Origin: a virus
Taxonomy: Duplodnaviria; Caudoviricetes
Strand: one strand, 5' to 3'
Virus record (IMG/VR): IMGVR_UViG_3300028591_000131
Span: 1 to 64,000 of that record
DNA length: 64,000 bases
In this document: piece after piece, positions 61,181 through 64,000 of the stretch
Layout: every line of letters starts with the position of its first letter
Position numbering within the stretch: the first letter of the stretch is position 1
The notes under the pieces: model-generated
Databases searched by the model: none
Told to the model about the DNA's origin: nothing
The model's input: the letters and a program-made list of their open reading frames with translations, nothing else
Program-made: the position numbers and the translations under genes

Positions 61181-61426
61181 TCATTGCTCACTACATCGAA
61201 AACCAGCCGTGCTATCACATGTAATTGTAAATGGTCTACCCCAATCTTTAGGACAATTTATACAATCTTTATGTGGGTTTGTACAAATACCATTTGGAGC
61301 ATAACACGGTACATGCCAAGTTTCAGGATATGGACCGAATGCAGCAAGCTGATCTGATAAATCACGTTCTGCAAGCAATTCAGCAAGACGTTCCTTGCTT
61401 AACTTTAAATAATCTTCTTTACGCAT
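61181..61426 (-). CDS. Small Cys-rich protein
   Basis: YLKLSKERLAELL...PCY.P.G.CTNP..DCINCP; own promoter. Confidence 0.65.
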   Translation of the reverse strand: MRKEDYLKLSKERLAELLAERDLSDQLAAFGPYPETWHVPCYAPNGICTNPHKDCINCPKDWGRPFTITCDSTAGFRCSEQ

Positions 61427-61450
61427 ATGTTTGAATTTAAATTATCAAGT

Positions 61451-61460
61451 TGCAAAGATA
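61451..61460 (-). promoter_or_regulatory. Bacteroidota promoter (-7 box)
   Basis: TATCTTTGCA. Confidence 0.75.
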
Positions 61461-61472
61461 CTAAAATATTAT

Positions 61473-61667
61473 TTACAACCTACCAGTCTTTGTACCAATT
61501 CTACTTTCATCAAATTTTGTTTTTATAGATCCCAAAAGTCTTTTTACATGCGGTAAATCGTTTTGAGATATATAAAAATCCACCACAGTGCGAAATTCTT
61601 CGCTGGTTAGTGCATTTGCTGGTTTACAAAGCAAATAATTTAATCTATTCAAATCGTTTTTGTTCAT
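61473..61667 (-). CDS. Hypothetical protein
   Basis: 64 aa, AT-rich leader, own promoter. Confidence 0.55.
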   Translation of the reverse strand: MNKNDLNRLNYLLCKPANALTSEEFRTVVDFYISQNDLPHVKRLLGSIKTKFDESRIGTKTGRL

Positions 61668-61691
61668 AACTTTAGATTTTAATTATTGAGT

Positions 61692-61701
61692 TGCAAAGAT
61701 A
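61692..61701 (-). promoter_or_regulatory. Bacteroidota promoter (-7 box), first of the late strand
   Basis: TATCTTTGCA. Confidence 0.75.
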
Positions 61702-61873
61702 CGAAAAATTTTTTAATTTTTAAAATTTTTTATTTTTTTTTTTGAAAACTTTGTGGTTGTTAGGGAGAAGAGAATAATGTAGCGACATCCGGGAGGTGTC
61801 TTGGTGTGTGGGTGCTATCCCCATACATTAAGCGTGAAAAAAACATTAGTACAAACCAATTAAATTAACAATT

Positions 61874-62245
61874 ATGAAATTAGTAGATTTCATTAGCGCA
61901 GCAAAAAAATTCAACCATTTCACGGACGTTTGCGATGAGTCGGAAATTGAAAAAATTGTATCTATCATTTCCAGACCTTACGCAGCGTTTACAACTAAAA
62001 ACGGGCAAAACGTCCCAGCTGGTATTAGCTATCAATTAGCTACAAAAGAGGGCGCGTTTAAAGTGAAGTGCACCGAAAAAACTTTCAATGCTTTTGTGTG
62101 TTTAGTTAATAGTAATATTCCGAATACGGAGTACAAAAAGTATGTTACATTGACACATTTTGAGGGCAAAAATGCAGACGGTGAGGAATACGAAGTAAAT
62201 ACATTCACTTGTATTTACAATCCCATTGAGGAGCAGGCTGAATAG
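61874..62245 (+). CDS. Hypothetical protein, first gene after the strand switch
   Basis: 123 aa, AT-rich leader, followed by a terminator. Confidence 0.7.
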   Translation: MKLVDFISAAKKFNHFTDVCDESEIEKIVSIISRPYAAFTTKNGQNVPAGISYQLATKEGAFKVKCTEKTFNAFVCLVNSNIPNTEYKKYVTLTHFEGKNADGEEYEVNTFTCIYNPIEEQAE

Positions 62246-62261
62246 CCTGTTCCCCTTTTTT
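62231..62261 (+). terminator. Intrinsic terminator
   Basis: GAGCAGGCT-GAAT-AGCCTGTTC followed by CCC-T6. Confidence 0.75.
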
Positions 62262-63250
62262 GGGTTAACTGCAGAGCTAGATTAATTTTTTTAACTTTGT
62301 AGTTGACCTAGTTCACGCTTTATTATCCACTTAGATTAAATTAGTCTCGTCTTGGTGGTGTTAACAACAGAGGCTAAGCAATTATTTATTGTGAGGTGGA
62401 ATTTGACGTGTCGTATGACCTTTGAGTGCTGGTGAAAACCCAAGCTCGTCAAATTACAGAGGTGGTTTGGGTCGCACCCAAGGTAACAATAAATAATTGT
62501 TTAAGTTGTTGAGAATGAGAGAGATGATAATAACTCACCATCTCTCTCACTTCCCAGCAATTATCCCCAATTAAAATTGCTAACGTAAAAGTATTAGCAA
62601 TTTTGGGGATATTAATTTTATTAAAAGGTTGTGGATTGTCCTACAAAATCCTCATTAAGTTACTTTCATTTTGTATTGACCTTGTGAGCTTGCTCCCATC
62701 GTTAACCTGCTCTCATTATTAAGCCGATAATGAATGGAGTCGGTAAAACTCTCTGCAACATCAGGGAATTTGGCAATAATCCATCAGTTAGGCTACAGTA
62801 GCTGATGCACGTATTGTTTAATTCTCTGATGCCAAGTAATATGATTTTCTAGACATTTAAAATTATCTGTGGCCTATGTACTGGTATAGAAAATTCCATA
62901 ATCCTGTGACGACAGGTTACATGCTGATAACACTATTGATTTGCAGCAATAGTTGTGATAAGCATTGTAAGTTATCAATGTTCTGCAAGCATTGATAACG
63001 AAAATTATCCTCTGGGTGAGACAGACGTGTCTTGCATCGCGACCAGAGGATTGTGTAATGTGGCTCGTCATTTGATGAACGGTTCCAAGCCCGTATAAAT
63101 ACAGAGGACACAATAAAAAACTCAATATAAAATATCCTTGTGGAGTTGTGGGGTAACTGCGTAAAACAGAGGATTTCCAAGATGTTGAGGACGCCAGTTT
63201 CTTATAGAGACTATAACAAATTAAGCTTGTGATCTTATGATAATAAAACA
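62261..63250 (+). ncRNA. Candidate large structured non-coding RNA or structured leader
   Basis: No credible ORF. At least 10 adjacent long stems, with imperfections mostly G-U on the plus strand (e.g. 62261-76/62295-310, 62376-92/62486-502, 62759-70/62820-31, 62971-82/62988-99). Confidence 0.65.
63050..63114 (+). ncRNA. Twister ribozyme, type P1
   Basis: P1 ATTGTG/CACAAT; U^AA; P2 TGTG/TACA; T2 GCT/AGC; P3 TCAT/ATGA; P4 ACGG/CCGT with loop TTCCAAGC; ATAAA; GAGGA giving T1 TCC/GGA. Matches the twister consensus element by element. Confidence 0.88.
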
Positions 63251-63337
63251 TCTTGTTATTATAAACTGAGTGTGGTAAGGTAAACAATTGATTTGTTGTA
63301 CTATAAGTTTTAGGCGTAAAACACAAAAATTAAAATT

Positions 63338-63835
63338 ATGGATATCTCAAAAATATTAAAAAAATGTCCCGCTGGGACAAAATTATATTCTCCTATATTG
63401 GGAGATTGTTTCCTAAGAAAGGTATCTGCAAACGGAATTGTAGTAACACATATATTAGATCCATTGCGTGAATATCAATTCACAATAGATGGAAAATATA
63501 CTGTGGTAGGAAATATTCCAACTGCAGAGTGTGTATTATTTCCATCTAAAGAAAATAGTGATTGGTCAACATTCCAACAATCTAGGTTAGCAGAATACTC
63601 TACAGAAGAATTGCGTAAAGAACTTAAAAGACGTAATACTGAAGAAAAGGCATTACGTCAAAAAGAGTTCGATTCTGCACACAGATGTAGAAATTGTAAG
63701 TTCTTTGAACTAGAACCAAATACAATATTTGGTAGTCATATTTGCGCTGCTCGTACATGGGGTAAAAACATTAAACGACATTATGTCGTAAATGGTTCCC
63801 ACGGTGTGCAATGTAAAGAATTTGTTCATAAATAA
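63338..63835 (+). CDS. Hypothetical early protein with C-terminal Cys cluster
   Basis: ILK.CP.GTKLYS.I.G...EC.LFPSKEN.DWS.F domain, then CRNC..F...C...C. Confidence 0.75.
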   Translation: MDISKILKKCPAGTKLYSPILGDCFLRKVSANGIVVTHILDPLREYQFTIDGKYTVVGNIPTAECVLFPSKENSDWSTFQQSRLAEYSTEELRKELKRRNTEEKALRQKEFDSAHRCRNCKFFELEPNTIFGSHICAARTWGKNIKRHYVVNGSHGVQCKEFVHK

Positions 63836-63844
63836 AAAATAGAT

Positions 63845-64000
63845 ATGTATTTCTTAATTGGGATTAAAAGCCTATTTTCAGACAGCATAGATGTATTGGA
63901 TCAAGATCCATCATATGATGTATTAGCTAGAATTAAACGTGTAGCTGATATGACATTGAAATCAGATGATCCATATGTTATGAAATACAAACGTCTTGAA
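63845..64000 (+). CDS. Hypothetical protein (runs off the right edge)
   Basis: ATG 10 nt after the previous stop; open to the window end (MYFLIGIKSL...). Confidence 0.55.
   Translation, partial: MYFLIGIKSLFSDSIDVLDQDPSYDVLARIKRVADMTLKSDDPYVMKYKRLE

Noticed and set aside
19168-61218. ORF-track N-terminal extensions (19194, 27775, 28242, 30817, 50441, 57661, 58206, 61218)
   Set aside because: They run through promoters, terminators or upstream genes; downstream ATGs with AT-rich leaders or coupled overlaps fit better.
1-61667. Stop-codon reassignment (TAG or TGA), known in some crAss-like phages
   Set aside because: Giant ORFs are intact in code 11, and both TAG (31146, 41888, 44171) and TGA (26927, 28197, 51220, 57233) act as stops at sensible gene junctions.
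62424-62465. Second twister ribozyme (CCCAAGC...TACAGAGG)
   Set aside because: No proper P4, P1 or UAA cleavage site; a perfect alternative 9-bp stem explains the segment. A degenerate relic is not excluded.
62467-62496. preQ1-I riboswitch-like TTGGGTCGCACCCAA...TAACAA
   Set aside because: Loop is too short for the ligand pocket, the A-rich tail is paired in a long stem, and no queuosine gene follows.
62874-63326. Minus-strand ORFs of 150 and 87 aa
   Set aside because: Antisense to the ribozyme and structured RNA, atypical composition, opposite to local gene direction.
62261-63337. CRISPR mini-array or tRNA cluster
   Set aside because: No equally spaced direct repeats and no cloverleaf. 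The T-loop-like GGTTCCAAGCCC is explained by twister P4/L4.

Overview
This is a 64 kb AT-rich segment of a crAss-like bacteriophage (Crassvirales). The major capsid protein closely resembles that of PhiCrAss001-type 'beta'/Steigviridae phages as I recall it, and the promoter consensus points to a Bacteroidota host. Positions 1-61.7 kb are the minus-strand late/virion module, read in the standard genetic code. In transcription order it holds small promoter-proximal genes, a metallophosphoesterase, GroES- and HU-like genes, TerL, portal, holin/spanin candidates, scaffold, MCP, ring, auxiliary capsid and hub proteins, a mosaic tail-fibre block, a GH108 endolysin, a self-contained accessory cassette, ring and muzzle proteins, and giant ejected cargo proteins including a single-chain virion RNA polymerase (DFDID). 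Nine Bacteroidota-type TAnnTTTG promoters drive this strand. After a strand switch at about 61.7 kb lies a ~1.1 kb non-coding region packed with stem-loops whose G-U pairs indicate a plus-strand RNA; it contains a complete type-P1 twister ribozyme (63050-63114). Other notable patterns are matched C-terminal and position-5 cysteines on consecutive cargo proteins, a recurring [YM]xxGG motif separating modules in three proteins, and a promoter-bounded cassette built around an FG-rich CCC coiled-coil protein plus a HExxH protease. All calls come from motif reading, synteny and recall; no database searches were run.
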